A DNA stretch of 42,604 bases from Cyanobacteria bacterium J06626_4 (GTDB lineage Bacteria > Cyanobacteriota > Cyanobacteriia > Phormidesmidales > Phormidesmidaceae): assembly GCA_038523235.1 (NCBI GenBank), contig JBCBJQ010000048.1, forward strand, positions 1 to 42,604, read 5' to 3'. The notes under the pieces are model-generated. The model saw only the letters and a program-made list of their open reading frames with translations. It was not told where the DNA came from and ran no database searches. The position numbers and the translations under genes were made by a program. Each line of letters starts with the position of its first letter. The first letter of the stretch is position 1. Below are positions 16,387 to 26,135 of the stretch, piece by piece.

Positions 16387-18291
16387 TTATCGAGCCAACA
16401 AAGACTCGCTCCCCCTGGCGGCCCGGCTCAATTCGGCCACCTGAGGCGACTCGGCTGGGGGCTTGACTGGAATGCGAATGAAGAATTCTGTCCCGACGCC
16501 CAGGGTCGAGGTGCAATCGATCATGCCGTGGTGAATCTCGGTGATGATTTTATGGCTAATCGACATGCCAATACCGGTGCCGATACCGACGGGCTTAGTG
16601 GTGAAAAAAGCGTTGAACAGCTGGTCTTGGGTATCTTCTGTCATGCCACCACCGGTATCTGCGATCGCGATTTCAACCCAGCCTGGTTGCCATTCGCGGG
16701 TGGTGAGGGTGATGGTCAAGGAGACTTGATTGGCATCAGCGTGATGGCGTTCGTCCAGGGCGTCGATCGCGTTGGTCAAAATATTCAGCACTACTTGATT
16801 GAGTTGTCCCGGATAGCACTGCACTGGGGGGAGCTTACCGTAGTGGCGATTGACCGTAATGGCTGGGCGATCAGGCTTGGCCTTGAGGCGATGCTGCAAA
16901 ATCATCAGCGAGCTTTCCAGCCCTTCATGGAGATCAACGGTTTTGCACTCGGCCTCGTCTAAGCGCGAAAAGTTGCGCAGCGACAGCACAATCTGACGAA
17001 TGCGATCGGTGCCGACGCGCATTGAGCTGAGAATCTTACCCAGATCCGCTTGAATGAAAGCGAGATCAACGTCTTCATAGGTTTGTTCAAGTTCCGAGAT
17101 CGCATCGGGATGTCGGGTTTCTAGCTCACGGATGATCAGCATGACGTCTTCGATATGCGTTCTCACATGAGCCAGATTGCCATGAATAAAGTTCACCGGA
17201 TTGTTGATTTCATGGGCCACTCCCGCTACGAGCTGACCCAGGCTTGACATTTTTTCTGATTGAATCAGCTGAATTTGCTGTTCTTCCACCTGCGTCAACG
17301 CCGCCGACAAATCAGTGTTTCGCTGCTCCACTTGGCTCAAGAGCTGCTGCACCTGCTGAATGAGCAAGTTCAGAGAGCTGGCGAGCTGACCCACCTCATC
17401 TAAGCGGTCCACTGGGGCCTGCAAACTAAAGTCGTTTTCTGTCGTGACGCGGCTAGCGACGTCAGTGACTGCCATGAGGGGACGAGTAATGGTGCGACTG
17501 CCATACAAAGCAACGGCCATCGCGATTAACACCGATAGTCCTGCACTGCCAAGGATGATGAGCGCTTGCAAGACTGCCGCCTGTCTTTGAGCGGTTTCGG
17601 CGGCTTCCTCTTGGCGAGATATGTGGTTTCTTGCCAGTGCCAGCTGATCGGCGAAACCAATAAAGTTGGCAAAGGTTTCCCCCTGGGTCAGTGCCAGCAG
17701 TTTTTGGCGGGCCTGAGCCACCGCTTGCGGCGTTGTGCCCAAGTCGTTGATCTCATTCAGGAGCTGCTCTGTCTCGATATATAAGTCCTCGACAGTGGGG
17801 GCAAAGTTAGTCAGCAAAGGATGCGTATGATTGAGATAAGCCTCTGGGCCACGATGGGTATGCTTGGCATGCTGTAAAGCGTCACTGTGAGCAGTGTGGG
17901 TGGAAGCTTCAGCGGTCTCTGCTGCCATCGCGATCTCTAGCTCCGTGATGATCTCATGGTGCTGTTCTGTATTGGCATGCAGTTTTTTGTGAGTTTGCAA
18001 AGTCTGTTGAAGATTTTCCAACCGATTGAGCATCAGCTGCCCCTGCTGCTGAAACTGCGCCGGCTCTTCAATGTAGGGGCCTAACTGGCGATTAGGCCGG
18101 TGATACAAAATTTGAGTTTGAATGTCATCAATGAGCTTGCGTTCTGCAGTCGCTGCTTGAGAGGACTTAAAAGAGCGCTCATAGGCCAAATGACCCACAA
18201 TGAGGCCAGCTGTAGTGCCCGTAAAAGAGATTGCCAACACAATTGCATAGCCACCCGAAATACGGCTGCGGATTGATATCGTTTTGGGCAT
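16387..18291 (-). CDS. Membrane sensor histidine kinase (2 TM, HAMP, HisKA, HATPase)
   Basis: H-box VAHEINNPVNFI, N-box NILTNAIDA, DTGGGM, FFTTKPVGIGTGIGMS, HAMP DEVGQLASSLN. Confidence 0.93.
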   Translation of the reverse strand: MPKTISIRSRISGGYAIVLAISFTGTTAGLIVGHLAYERSFKSSQAATAERKLIDDIQTQILYHRPNRQLGPYIEEPAQFQQQGQLMLNRLENLQQTLQTHKKLHANTEQHHEIITELEIAMAAETAEASTHTAHSDALQHAKHTHRGPEAYLNHTHPLLTNFAPTVEDLYIETEQLLNEINDLGTTPQAVAQARQKLLALTQGETFANFIGFADQLALARNHISRQEEAAETAQRQAAVLQALIILGSAGLSVLIAMAVALYGSRTITRPLMAVTDVASRVTTENDFSLQAPVDRLDEVGQLASSLNLLIQQVQQLLSQVEQRNTDLSAALTQVEEQQIQLIQSEKMSSLGQLVAGVAHEINNPVNFIHGNLAHVRTHIEDVMLIIRELETRHPDAISELEQTYEDVDLAFIQADLGKILSSMRVGTDRIRQIVLSLRNFSRLDEAECKTVDLHEGLESSLMILQHRLKAKPDRPAITVNRHYGKLPPVQCYPGQLNQVVLNILTNAIDALDERHHADANQVSLTITLTTREWQPGWVEIAIADTGGGMTEDTQDQLFNAFFTTKPVGIGTGIGMSISHKIITEIHHGMIDCTSTLGVGTEFFIRIPVKPPAESPQVAELSRAARGSESLLAR

Positions 18292-18544
18292 AACCAGCTC
18301 TTTTGCTTGCGACCTGCATGATCTAAAGTGCCCAGCCAGATCAGGCTGTTAAAGCCGTATATTCACGTGATACCAGGCGTTATCGCGTTTTTTGCGGTGT
18401 TTTGGTAACTCGGGTTGACCGATTGCTCTCGAGGATCTGAGCTGTTCGCTCATTGAACCTGGCGGTGATCGCTCACACGGGTCATCGATGCCCAGCGGTC
18501 ACAACGGCTCCTGCGGCAGTGATCAATCTTGGGTAAAACGAGCT

Positions 18545-19858
18545 TTAGGGGTAAATAAACAACCGCTTAGCAGCGCGGGTAAAGGCGACGTAACACAGTT
18601 GGTTCCGCTCGATGATGTTGCGGTTGGCATGCATGGAGGGCAGATCGACAAACACGTCCTGAAAGGTCGAGCCTTGACTTTTATGAATGGTCAGACTGTA
18701 GGCGTAATCGACCTCGTGGAAATGTTGTTTGAAGTCCCAAAACTCCATCCAGCGTTTTTCGCGAGCGAGCAGATCGAGCTTGAGCTTGAGTTCACTTTCC
18801 CCTGACTCGTGCAGCACTCGCAAGGTGCGAAACTCCTCGTCTTCGGTCTGCACTGATAACAGCCAAATCGGCCATTCGCCATCGCGACTGCGGCGCGCTT
18901 CGAGCACTTCACATTCGGCGGAGGTAGGCAAAATAATCGCCTCATCATCTAAACAGGGATTCAGCGCAATCAATCGCTCGCCGGGCACAAACCGTAGGGC
19001 CGTAGGGCCGTAAATGGCGCGGCGAATCTTTTGGTTCAGCTGCATAACGCGGCGATTGGTGTAGGCTAAGGCGCGCACTTGATCGGGATTGATTTGATAG
19101 GCATCGCTGGTAAATGCTCGCAGCATCAGCCGCTCCCAAGCAGGGCGGGGCAAGACAAAGCAGCCTTCGGTCTGGTCGTGATTCGTATCACTCTGAAAGC
19201 GTGGAAAGCGATCTCGCTCTAAGTTACGACGAATGTCTTCGGCAATCACGCCGATCGCGCCGCCATAGCGCACCACCTCCGTCAGTTCTGACTTGTGCAA
19301 AATTTCGCGAAAGCAGGCTGACTCTGACTCGTTGACCGGCGGTAACTGGGCCGAGTCGCCGACAAACAAAATCTGGGTGCTGCCGTAGAGGTTCGACACG
19401 GCACTGACCAACAGCCGCCATAGCTCCTCGTTCACCATCGAGCATTCGTCCACGATGATCAGACGGTAGCGATCGACCTGGCTGCCCTGTTGGCGATCGA
19501 GCTGAAATTCTTGATTGCCGGTGTCTTCATTCACCACGGGCCGCAACCCGAGCAGTTTGCAGCAGGTCATGGCGTCAATTTCGAGCTGCCACTGATCGGC
19601 CATGCGAGCCAAGACTTTGGTGGCTTTGTTGCTAAAGGCCGACAGCACAATGGTGCGATCGTCCCCCTGCTCTCGCAGCCCCTGGACGAAAATTTGCAGC
19701 AGGGTGGTTTTGCCCGTGCCCGCATAGCCGGTGAGCAGGTACAGCTTTTCGGTGCTGTGCACAAATTCGTTCAGGGCATCCAGCGCGGCAATCTGTTCGG
19801 CGGTGAGGGCGATCGCCTCATCGTCAATATCCGTTGGGCTGGCCTGCAATCGCACCAT
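18545..19858 (-). CDS. SF1B RecD/Dda-like ATP-dependent DNA helicase
   Basis: GYAGTGKTT, IIVDECSM, VGDSAQLPPV, TIHKSQGSTF, YVAFTRA; no N-terminal RecD2 HhH region. Confidence 0.88.
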   Translation of the reverse strand: MVRLQASPTDIDDEAIALTAEQIAALDALNEFVHSTEKLYLLTGYAGTGKTTLLQIFVQGLREQGDDRTIVLSAFSNKATKVLARMADQWQLEIDAMTCCKLLGLRPVVNEDTGNQEFQLDRQQGSQVDRYRLIIVDECSMVNEELWRLLVSAVSNLYGSTQILFVGDSAQLPPVNESESACFREILHKSELTEVVRYGGAIGVIAEDIRRNLERDRFPRFQSDTNHDQTEGCFVLPRPAWERLMLRAFTSDAYQINPDQVRALAYTNRRVMQLNQKIRRAIYGPTALRFVPGERLIALNPCLDDEAIILPTSAECEVLEARRSRDGEWPIWLLSVQTEDEEFRTLRVLHESGESELKLKLDLLAREKRWMEFWDFKQHFHEVDYAYSLTIHKSQGSTFQDVFVDLPSMHANRNIIERNQLCYVAFTRAAKRLFIYP

Positions 19859-19953
19859 TAGTGAGAGAGGAATGCTCGCAAGTGAGGAATATCCCTATTT
19901 TGAACGGCGAAGGGGCGATCTGGGGATTTAGCAACAGCTCACTGCTGCCGGTT

Positions 19954-20301
19954 TCACAGCGGGAGAAACTGCACTTGTCCGCAACAGTCTGCTGGATCAC
20001 ACGCTTTAGCAATCAATTCTAAATCTCTGACACAGTCACCAATACTGGCCATTTGGGGATGAGCATAGATCACTCCGGTGAATGGCGAACCTTGTTTTTG
20101 CAAGGCATGAGCAATCGCGACCAAATCATCATCCCTGGAAAACAGGACTCGCTCTAGTTCCGTTGCTCGCCGCAAAACTTCAGGATCAACTAGACCGGAG
20201 CGGCCATCGGTTTGAACTGTTATTACATCAATGCCGCGTAGTTTAAGCCCGGTGGTGATTTGCCTGGGTACATTTTCGTCCATATAGAAACGGACGCTCA
20301 A
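19954..20301 (-). CDS. DUF5615 family PIN-like protein (putative VapC45-like toxin)
   Basis: RFYMDENVP, DPEVLRRA, RVLFSRDDDL; TTG start overlaps the upstream TGA. Confidence 0.8.
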   Translation of the reverse strand: MSVRFYMDENVPRQITTGLKLRGIDVITVQTDGRSGLVDPEVLRRATELERVLFSRDDDLVAIAHALQKQGSPFTGVIYAHPQMASIGDCVRDLELIAKACDPADCCGQVQFLPL

Positions 20302-20612
20302 GGCAACAATCCTTGGGATTGTAATTTTGCCGCGATCGCAGCAGGGACTTCTTCTTTAAGGGCCGCAACGCGTTCTAACCGTTGCTGCATGTCGGCATCC
20401 ATCGCCTGTTGATGATCCCAGTAATAGGCGAGCGCGGAATAAACTTGACTCAAGCTGATGTGAGGATACTGAAAATGCAGCTCCTCGGGGCTCCAGCCAT
20501 AGGCCAGATGAGAGATGATCAGCTCGACCACTTTCATGGAGCTACCAGCAATCATTGCCGTACCCGCTGCGTCTAGTTGAATGTATTTGTACTCGGTGGC
20601 GTTCAAAGTCAT
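20298..20612 (-). CDS. DUF433 domain protein (putative VapB45-like antitoxin)
   Basis: IAGSSMKV...GWSPEELHFQYPHISLSQVYSALAYY; ATG 20612 with GAGG RBS. Confidence 0.85.
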   Translation of the reverse strand: MTLNATEYKYIQLDAAGTAMIAGSSMKVVELIISHLAYGWSPEELHFQYPHISLSQVYSALAYYWDHQQAMDADMQQRLERVAALKEEVPAAIAAKLQSQGLLP

Positions 20613-20690
20613 GGCCGAATCCTCAACTAGACGCTTTGTCTTTATGCTAGTCGGGATGTTCCTAGCCAGCACCAGACTGTTTAAGTAACG

Positions 20691-22790
20691 CTAAAACAGG
20701 GTCAGAATCGCTGGCAGCAGAGATTGGCAGACTTCTGCTAACTTCGACGCCTCCGTCAGCGGTTCCGTGATGGATTTGAGGGCGTCGGTAGCCCGTTTGG
20801 CCATCCGCTGCATCGCGTTGTCTTTTGGATTTGTCCCGGCTTTTGCCAGCTTCGCCACCTCGCCCAGGGCCTCGGCTTTTTCGTCGTCGGTGAGTTCGAT
20901 ATCGGCTGCGGTCGCTTGCTGCAGTTGGGTCAGCAGGCTTTTGAGATTGGGCTGATCGCTATCGGGAACGGTATCCGGCAACTGATTAATTTGCACAGTG
21001 ATCTGACCGCTGAGTTCTCCCAGATTGACGACGTTGCCCTGCATGCTGCCTGTATTAATGAAGCCCCCGTCGCCGGTATTGATCGGATTGTTCATATTGG
21101 TGATTTGAATGGAAGACAGTAATTGCCCGAAGCCTAACGCGACTTCTTTCACATCATCGGCCCGCTGAGTCTGGCCTTCGAGCAGGCCACTGTTGTAACC
21201 TTCTTTAAGCCCGCGCTGATAGCCGTCATCCCAACTGCGCTCGACCTGGCCTTTGTCAATGCCTTCTGGGACTTGCAGGGTGAGCAGCACATCATCGCCC
21301 TGCTTTTCCATCGCTTGAACCGATTCGCGAGTAATTGCTGGATTGTCTGCCATCACCTGCTCGAAAGCCGCTTTGAAAGCGCCGGGATCGACGCCATTGC
21401 GGATGAGAATCTGTACCGTGTCGAGCATCTCTTTGAAAAATTTCTCGAAGTCGCCGGGTTGAAAGATTTTGTCAGGATCGTGGGGGCGGCGTTCGCGATC
21501 GCCTTGAGCATCGGGCTCTGCTTTTAAGAACACATACTGGCAGTCGATGTCTCTGAGAATGGTGGTGTCGTCGATATTCCAGGCTTCGAGGCAGGCTCCG
21601 GTGAGTTGCGCGGCGGTGAAGTCGGTGCCGATGCATTGGGCCTCAGTCAGGTTGGCCCCGTGGAGTTCGGCCCCGGCGAGGGTGGCCCCGTTGAGGTTTA
21701 CGCCTTTGAGAGTGTTGCGGTGCAGCTGAGCACCAGCCAGGTTTACGCCCTGCAGGTCGGCATTAGTGAGGTCTTGATCAATGCCGTTGAGGCTGGTGAG
21801 CAGGATGCGGACGCGACGATCTTGCAGGTTGTTGATGCCGAGGCGGGCGCGATCAAGTTTTTGAGCATCATGCCAGCGGATACCAGCGAGAAGCGTAGAG
21901 CGCTGGGGAGAATCGGCAAAGTTAGCGCTTTTGAGGTGAGTCCGGATGAAGCTGCTCCCGGTGAGATCGGCACCGCTAAACGTCGTGCCGCCGAGAGCGA
22001 TAAAGGCAAGACCAATCACGCGAAGATTAGCAAATCTGGGGTCGTCTTGGTGGATACGGCGATTAATATACAGCGACAGAAAAAAGACAGGGCCAGCGAA
22101 AGTGACAGGACCAGCGAAAGCGGCAGGACCAGTGCCAGTGTTAGCGAAAACAAAAGCGACAGCAACAGCGGCAGCAACAGCAACAGCAACAGCGGCAGCG
22201 ACAGCGCCAGTGAAAGTGGCAGCGACAGCAACAGTAACAGCGATAGCGATAGCGAAAGCGGCAGCAACAGCGACATCGCCAGTGACACTAAAAGCGCCAG
22301 CGCCAGTAAAAGCGAAAGCAGCAGCGAAAGCGAAAGCGAAAGCGACAGTGACACTCCCCATCGCTTTGAGAGTAAAGCCTTGGCGAGCGATCACAAACAG
22401 CATGATGACAATGAAGACAATTCCTGTGATCGCAGCTGAGAAATTTGTAAGGCTGCCTACGACTAACAGAAAACCAAGCCAAGCGCCTGCAAACCCCTGC
22501 AAAACTCCTGACATGGCCGCAGTTATCATTACTAAGGCTAGTTGTCCGACAAACCACCGTCGCTGTAAGCCTGCTTTAGCCTGGCAAAACGTCACCCCTT
22601 GCAGGGTTGCCTCGACAAACTGGGCACTGCGAATATCGGCACCGCTGAAGTCAGCTCCTGACAAATCTGCACCGCTAAAGTTGCCGCCCCGCAAAATCGC
22701 ACCGCGAAAGTCACGCTCTCCCACTGCATAGAGCTGCATGACCTCTTTGGCTTTGAGCCACTGCCCGTGGTATTTGCCCGGTTCTGTCAT
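20691..22790 (-). CDS. Pentapeptide repeat membrane protein with Ala/Val-rich low-complexity TM region
   Basis: YAVGERDF start, A(D/N)LxG repeats flanking a long hydrophobic segment, LTGACLEAWNID, C-terminal helical domain. Confidence 0.88.
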   Translation of the reverse strand: MTEPGKYHGQWLKAKEVMQLYAVGERDFRGAILRGGNFSGADLSGADFSGADIRSAQFVEATLQGVTFCQAKAGLQRRWFVGQLALVMITAAMSGVLQGFAGAWLGFLLVVGSLTNFSAAITGIVFIVIMLFVIARQGFTLKAMGSVTVAFAFAFAAAFAFTGAGAFSVTGDVAVAAAFAIAIAVTVAVAATFTGAVAAAVAVAVAAAVAVAFVFANTGTGPAAFAGPVTFAGPVFFLSLYINRRIHQDDPRFANLRVIGLAFIALGGTTFSGADLTGSSFIRTHLKSANFADSPQRSTLLAGIRWHDAQKLDRARLGINNLQDRRVRILLTSLNGIDQDLTNADLQGVNLAGAQLHRNTLKGVNLNGATLAGAELHGANLTEAQCIGTDFTAAQLTGACLEAWNIDDTTILRDIDCQYVFLKAEPDAQGDRERRPHDPDKIFQPGDFEKFFKEMLDTVQILIRNGVDPGAFKAAFEQVMADNPAITRESVQAMEKQGDDVLLTLQVPEGIDKGQVERSWDDGYQRGLKEGYNSGLLEGQTQRADDVKEVALGFGQLLSSIQITNMNNPINTGDGGFINTGSMQGNVVNLGELSGQITVQINQLPDTVPDSDQPNLKSLLTQLQQATAADIELTDDEKAEALGEVAKLAKAGTNPKDNAMQRMAKRATDALKSITEPLTEASKLAEVCQSLLPAILTLF
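22093..22354 (-). repeat. Degenerate 6-bp (RCT-NNY) tandem repeat plus 18-bp duplication inside the pentapeptide gene
   Basis: On +: runs of agcgaa/agcgac/agcaac/agcggc; ccagcgaaagtgacagga (22093-22110) and ccagcgaaagcggcagga (22111-22128). Confidence 0.75.
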
Positions 22791-23031
22791 GCAATGAGAA
22801 TTTGGAATGCGGTGGTTGGAATGCAGAAATGCAAGATCAACAGTCTAGATTTGGGCCTTTCGACAAATTTTCTTTATTTAATCTCACTTTCTAGGGATCA
22901 GCTAGCTGTTGAGCCGGTCAAAGTGGCACATGTCCGTTGCCAAGTATCATCCTCAAACAGCACCACACAGTTACGTGGCTCTATGAGGTCTGCGAAGTTG
23001 GAAATCGGGCATTGACCTTGATGGTTCAACC

Positions 23032-24129
23032 TCAAAATAATCCGATGGGGAAATCCGGGAGAGGATTGTCGCTGAAGTGAGCATGAATTGCCGCTGCCGC
23101 TGCCCAGCCTGACTCTAAAGCCGTATCGAGCTGCCGATCGCCCCCCCAATCACCACAGGCTACCAACGGTGCCGGGGTTGAACTGGTGAGGACGCGATCA
23201 CGACAGGGAGTGGTGACTCTGGCGTAGCGCCAACGATGGATTTGCCAGCGATCGGGATGAGCTAGCCACGGGGCAATCAGCTTTCCCGCCTGCATCAACA
23301 ACGCTTCTCCGGCGGGCTGTAGGTTGGGGGCCTCTAGCCACTTGTTGGCAAAGTGAGCGCTACTATGCAAGACGACATTGAGTCCTGGCACCTGCCGCTT
23401 ACTGCTGTCGAGCCCGACCCAAAAGAACGGCGTCTCATCATGACCTGCGACCATCCAGGGGGCAGTGGGCGGACAGGGCAGCGGAGCTGGAGACTTTGAA
23501 GTGAATGGGGTTGAGTATTGGGCCATCACCGTTAGACAGGAAGCGTAGGTGACGGCAGTGATTGCCTGCTGCATTTCAGCGATGGCGGCGATCGCAGACA
23601 ACGGGGCCAGCAAATCGGCAATCTGCGGGGCTGGAATGGCTAAGACGAGCGACTTAGCGTGATGGGTAACAGTGGCCCCATCGTCGGTGCGCGTGGTTGT
23701 GATCGTCCAAGTTGCATCGCGCTCCGGGGCGATCGCGGTGACGCGCTGCTGTCGGTGCACAGTGAGGCCAGTGGCCAACGCTTTGCCCAGGGCTGACATG
23801 CCCGCAGGGGCAACATAGCAAGGGCTGGCTAAGCGATCAGATTGGAGCTGGCCGGAGCGATCAAGGCTATAGGTATGGGGTTGCCAGGGGGTTAAAAGTT
23901 GCTGATCGAGCCAGTGCTGCGTCAGCGCCCGGAGCGGTTCGCTTTGAGGTTGCACGTAGCGCGCGCCATGATCGAGGGGGCTGCCGTCAATGCGCCGTGT
24001 GGCCATGCGACCGCCCAGGCCGCGAGACTTTTCTAAAACGATGACGGCGTAACCCGCCTGTTGTAATCGCCGGGCACAGATCAAGCCCGCGAGGCCGGCC
24101 CCCACCACTGCCACATCTTGAAGGGTCAT
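23032..24129 (-). CDS. Renalase-like NAD(P)/FAD-dependent oxidoreductase
   Basis: GAGLAG, EKSRGLGGRMATRR, DHGARY, HRWRYA, CGDW. Confidence 0.85.
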   Translation of the reverse strand: MTLQDVAVVGAGLAGLICARRLQQAGYAVIVLEKSRGLGGRMATRRIDGSPLDHGARYVQPQSEPLRALTQHWLDQQLLTPWQPHTYSLDRSGQLQSDRLASPCYVAPAGMSALGKALATGLTVHRQQRVTAIAPERDATWTITTTRTDDGATVTHHAKSLVLAIPAPQIADLLAPLSAIAAIAEMQQAITAVTYASCLTVMAQYSTPFTSKSPAPLPCPPTAPWMVAGHDETPFFWVGLDSSKRQVPGLNVVLHSSAHFANKWLEAPNLQPAGEALLMQAGKLIAPWLAHPDRWQIHRWRYARVTTPCRDRVLTSSTPAPLVACGDWGGDRQLDTALESGWAAAAAIHAHFSDNPLPDFPIGLF

Positions 24130-24267
24130 GTTGTTTTGCTGAGCACGGCTGCTTCATACGCTATCACCTGATTCGAGCTGCATCGAACATTTCGCATCCT
24201 TTTGCGCGGGTTTCAGCTGAGTGCTTAGAATAAGACAGACGATTTTGACACAACCGGGTACCTTGTC

Positions 24268-25116
24268 GTGGATGAACTGCGTTCTGCCCTTGAGCTCGCG
24301 ACGGATGACGAACTACAGGCGCTGACAGAATTATTGTTTCGCCCCAAGTTGAACCCTCTGGACTATATGTGTGCCCCCCAACTGGCAGACGTGCAGCGGG
24401 CGGGACGGCAGGCTTGGCTGGATCAGCTCGAAGCACGGTTTCGCTACCTGGCCGCCGATGGCCTGACGGTGATTGCGGGGGGGTGCGATCGCGTGTCCTA
24501 TCGTCAGGCGTTGATTCAGGTGTGCCAGCATCTGAGGATTGCTTACTCTGACTGCCTCTCGACGACTGATTTAGAGGCCGAAGTGTTTTTGCACGTGATG
24601 GAAAAAGCCTGGAAACGACTGCCTAAATCGGAAAAACGGCTGCTGCAGCGCCAAGTTCAAAAATCCATCGTAGGCAGTGCGGAATATCAGACGTTGCCCC
24701 TGCCGCTGCAAAAAAATCCTCTCGGGCTGTTGGTAAAAGGTAGCGGCGCGATCGCCGTGAGTACGGTGGTGCGCCCTTGGTTGCTGCAGCAAATTGCTCG
24801 CCAGTTCGCGGTGCAGATGGCCCGGCGGCAGGTAGCCGCTCAAACATTGAAGCGGGGCGGATTGACGCTGGCCGGGCAGATTCACAGTCGGGTCGCTGTT
24901 AGCATGGCGTCGCGAGGCATGGCGATGAACGCGGCGCGATACACCGCGACCCGCAGCTTTTTTGCGGTTTTGGGACCAGCCATGTGGGCTTGGTTTTTTG
25001 CCGATTTAGGCTGGCGGGCGATTGCCACCAACCACGGTCGCGTGATTCCGGTCATTTTTGCCTTAGCGCAAATTCGCCTCACCCGCGGAGAGCATTACGA
25101 ACTGGCCCAGTGTTAG
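24268..25116 (+). CDS. YaaW family protein
   Basis: MDELRSALELATDDELQALTELLFRPKLNPLDY...ADLGWRAIATN conserved cyanobacterial pattern. Confidence 0.75.
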   Translation: MDELRSALELATDDELQALTELLFRPKLNPLDYMCAPQLADVQRAGRQAWLDQLEARFRYLAADGLTVIAGGCDRVSYRQALIQVCQHLRIAYSDCLSTTDLEAEVFLHVMEKAWKRLPKSEKRLLQRQVQKSIVGSAEYQTLPLPLQKNPLGLLVKGSGAIAVSTVVRPWLLQQIARQFAVQMARRQVAAQTLKRGGLTLAGQIHSRVAVSMASRGMAMNAARYTATRSFFAVLGPAMWAWFFADLGWRAIATNHGRVIPVIFALAQIRLTRGEHYELAQC

Positions 25117-25128
25117 CGAGGGCAGGCG

Positions 25129-25758
25129 ATGACCAACCAAGAGACCGCCCCCAATCACTACATCCTCTTGCAGGTGAGGCCGACCGCTTCCCCGCAGGAA
25201 ATTCGGCGCGCCTATCGTGATCTCAGCAAGCTTTATCATCCGGATACCACAACGCTGTCGGCGGCGATCGCGACCGAAAAGTTCAAAGTGTTGAACGAGG
25301 CCTATGCTACCTTGAGCAACCCTCAGGCCCGGTTAGCCTATGACTACAGCATCGGTATTTCAAAGCTATCCGTCATGCAAGCGCCGAATTACCTCAACCG
25401 ACCCGCCTCAGAACGCCGCCAATCGGCCAAAGACAGCGCCTATCTCGACCCGACAGATCGCCCTCTGTCACCAGGGGAAATGTTTGCCTTGTTCATCTTA
25501 GGCGTGACGTTTGTGGGGTGCTTGGTGCTGGTCTTTACGGTCGGCTGGGCTAAAGGCACCATCGTGTTGCACCCTGATGTCAGCCAACCCACGGTGTTAG
25601 CTGCGCCGCCAACCCCAGAAATTGCCCCCGTTTCACCGTCACTAGCGCCCACTGTTGATGCCGAGCCGCCAGCGCCAGCGCCACCGATGCGCCCCCTGGA
25701 TGATACGAAATCTCGTCCACCCTTGCCGTCAAATAGCCTTTCTCCGAAAATAATTTAA
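25129..25758 (+). CDS. J-domain protein with TM helix and Pro-rich tail
   Basis: YRDLSKLYHPD, FKVLNEAYATLS, DRPLSPGEMFALFILG. Confidence 0.85.
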   Translation: MTNQETAPNHYILLQVRPTASPQEIRRAYRDLSKLYHPDTTTLSAAIATEKFKVLNEAYATLSNPQARLAYDYSIGISKLSVMQAPNYLNRPASERRQSAKDSAYLDPTDRPLSPGEMFALFILGVTFVGCLVLVFTVGWAKGTIVLHPDVSQPTVLAAPPTPEIAPVSPSLAPTVDAEPPAPAPPMRPLDDTKSRPPLPSNSLSPKII

Positions 25759-25788
25759 GTTCACTTCATAACCGTGTGTTTGTGCCCT

Positions 25789-26061
25789 ATGGTCATGCCC
25801 AGCGCTGAGACGCCCCTCTATAACCATCCCCTGTCGGAAATTGAGCAGTGGTTACGCGAGCAAGGGTGCCGTCAAAATCCTGAAGAACTTCACGAATGGC
25901 ATGTTGAAAAAACTGACTGGACTGCCGACATTAGTCTGGAAGTGGATTCAATTCTCGTACGCTATCTCAACGCGCCAGCCAGTAGCGAAGACGTACAGCG
26001 GGTGTTCAAATATTCGCTGAGTCGTCAAGATTTAGAAGAAGCGATTTTTTCCGGACCGTAG
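25789..26061 (+). CDS. DUF3143 domain-containing protein
   Basis: TPLYNHPLSEIEQWL...FKYSLSRQDLEEAIFSGP; start ATG 25789 or 25795. Confidence 0.8.
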   Translation: MVMPSAETPLYNHPLSEIEQWLREQGCRQNPEELHEWHVEKTDWTADISLEVDSILVRYLNAPASSEDVQRVFKYSLSRQDLEEAIFSGP

Positions 26062-26135
26062 CTGTCTAGTTTGCCGCTTCAGCCAGAGTCCGATCCACAG
26101 ATTCCCAGCAACCCATTGGTTTGATTGAGCACTGT

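Noticed and set aside
21606..22731. Long antisense/alternate ORFs (277, 261 and 112 aa) over the pentapeptide gene
   Set aside because: Shadow frames created by stop-free hexamer repeats; low complexity with no independent features.
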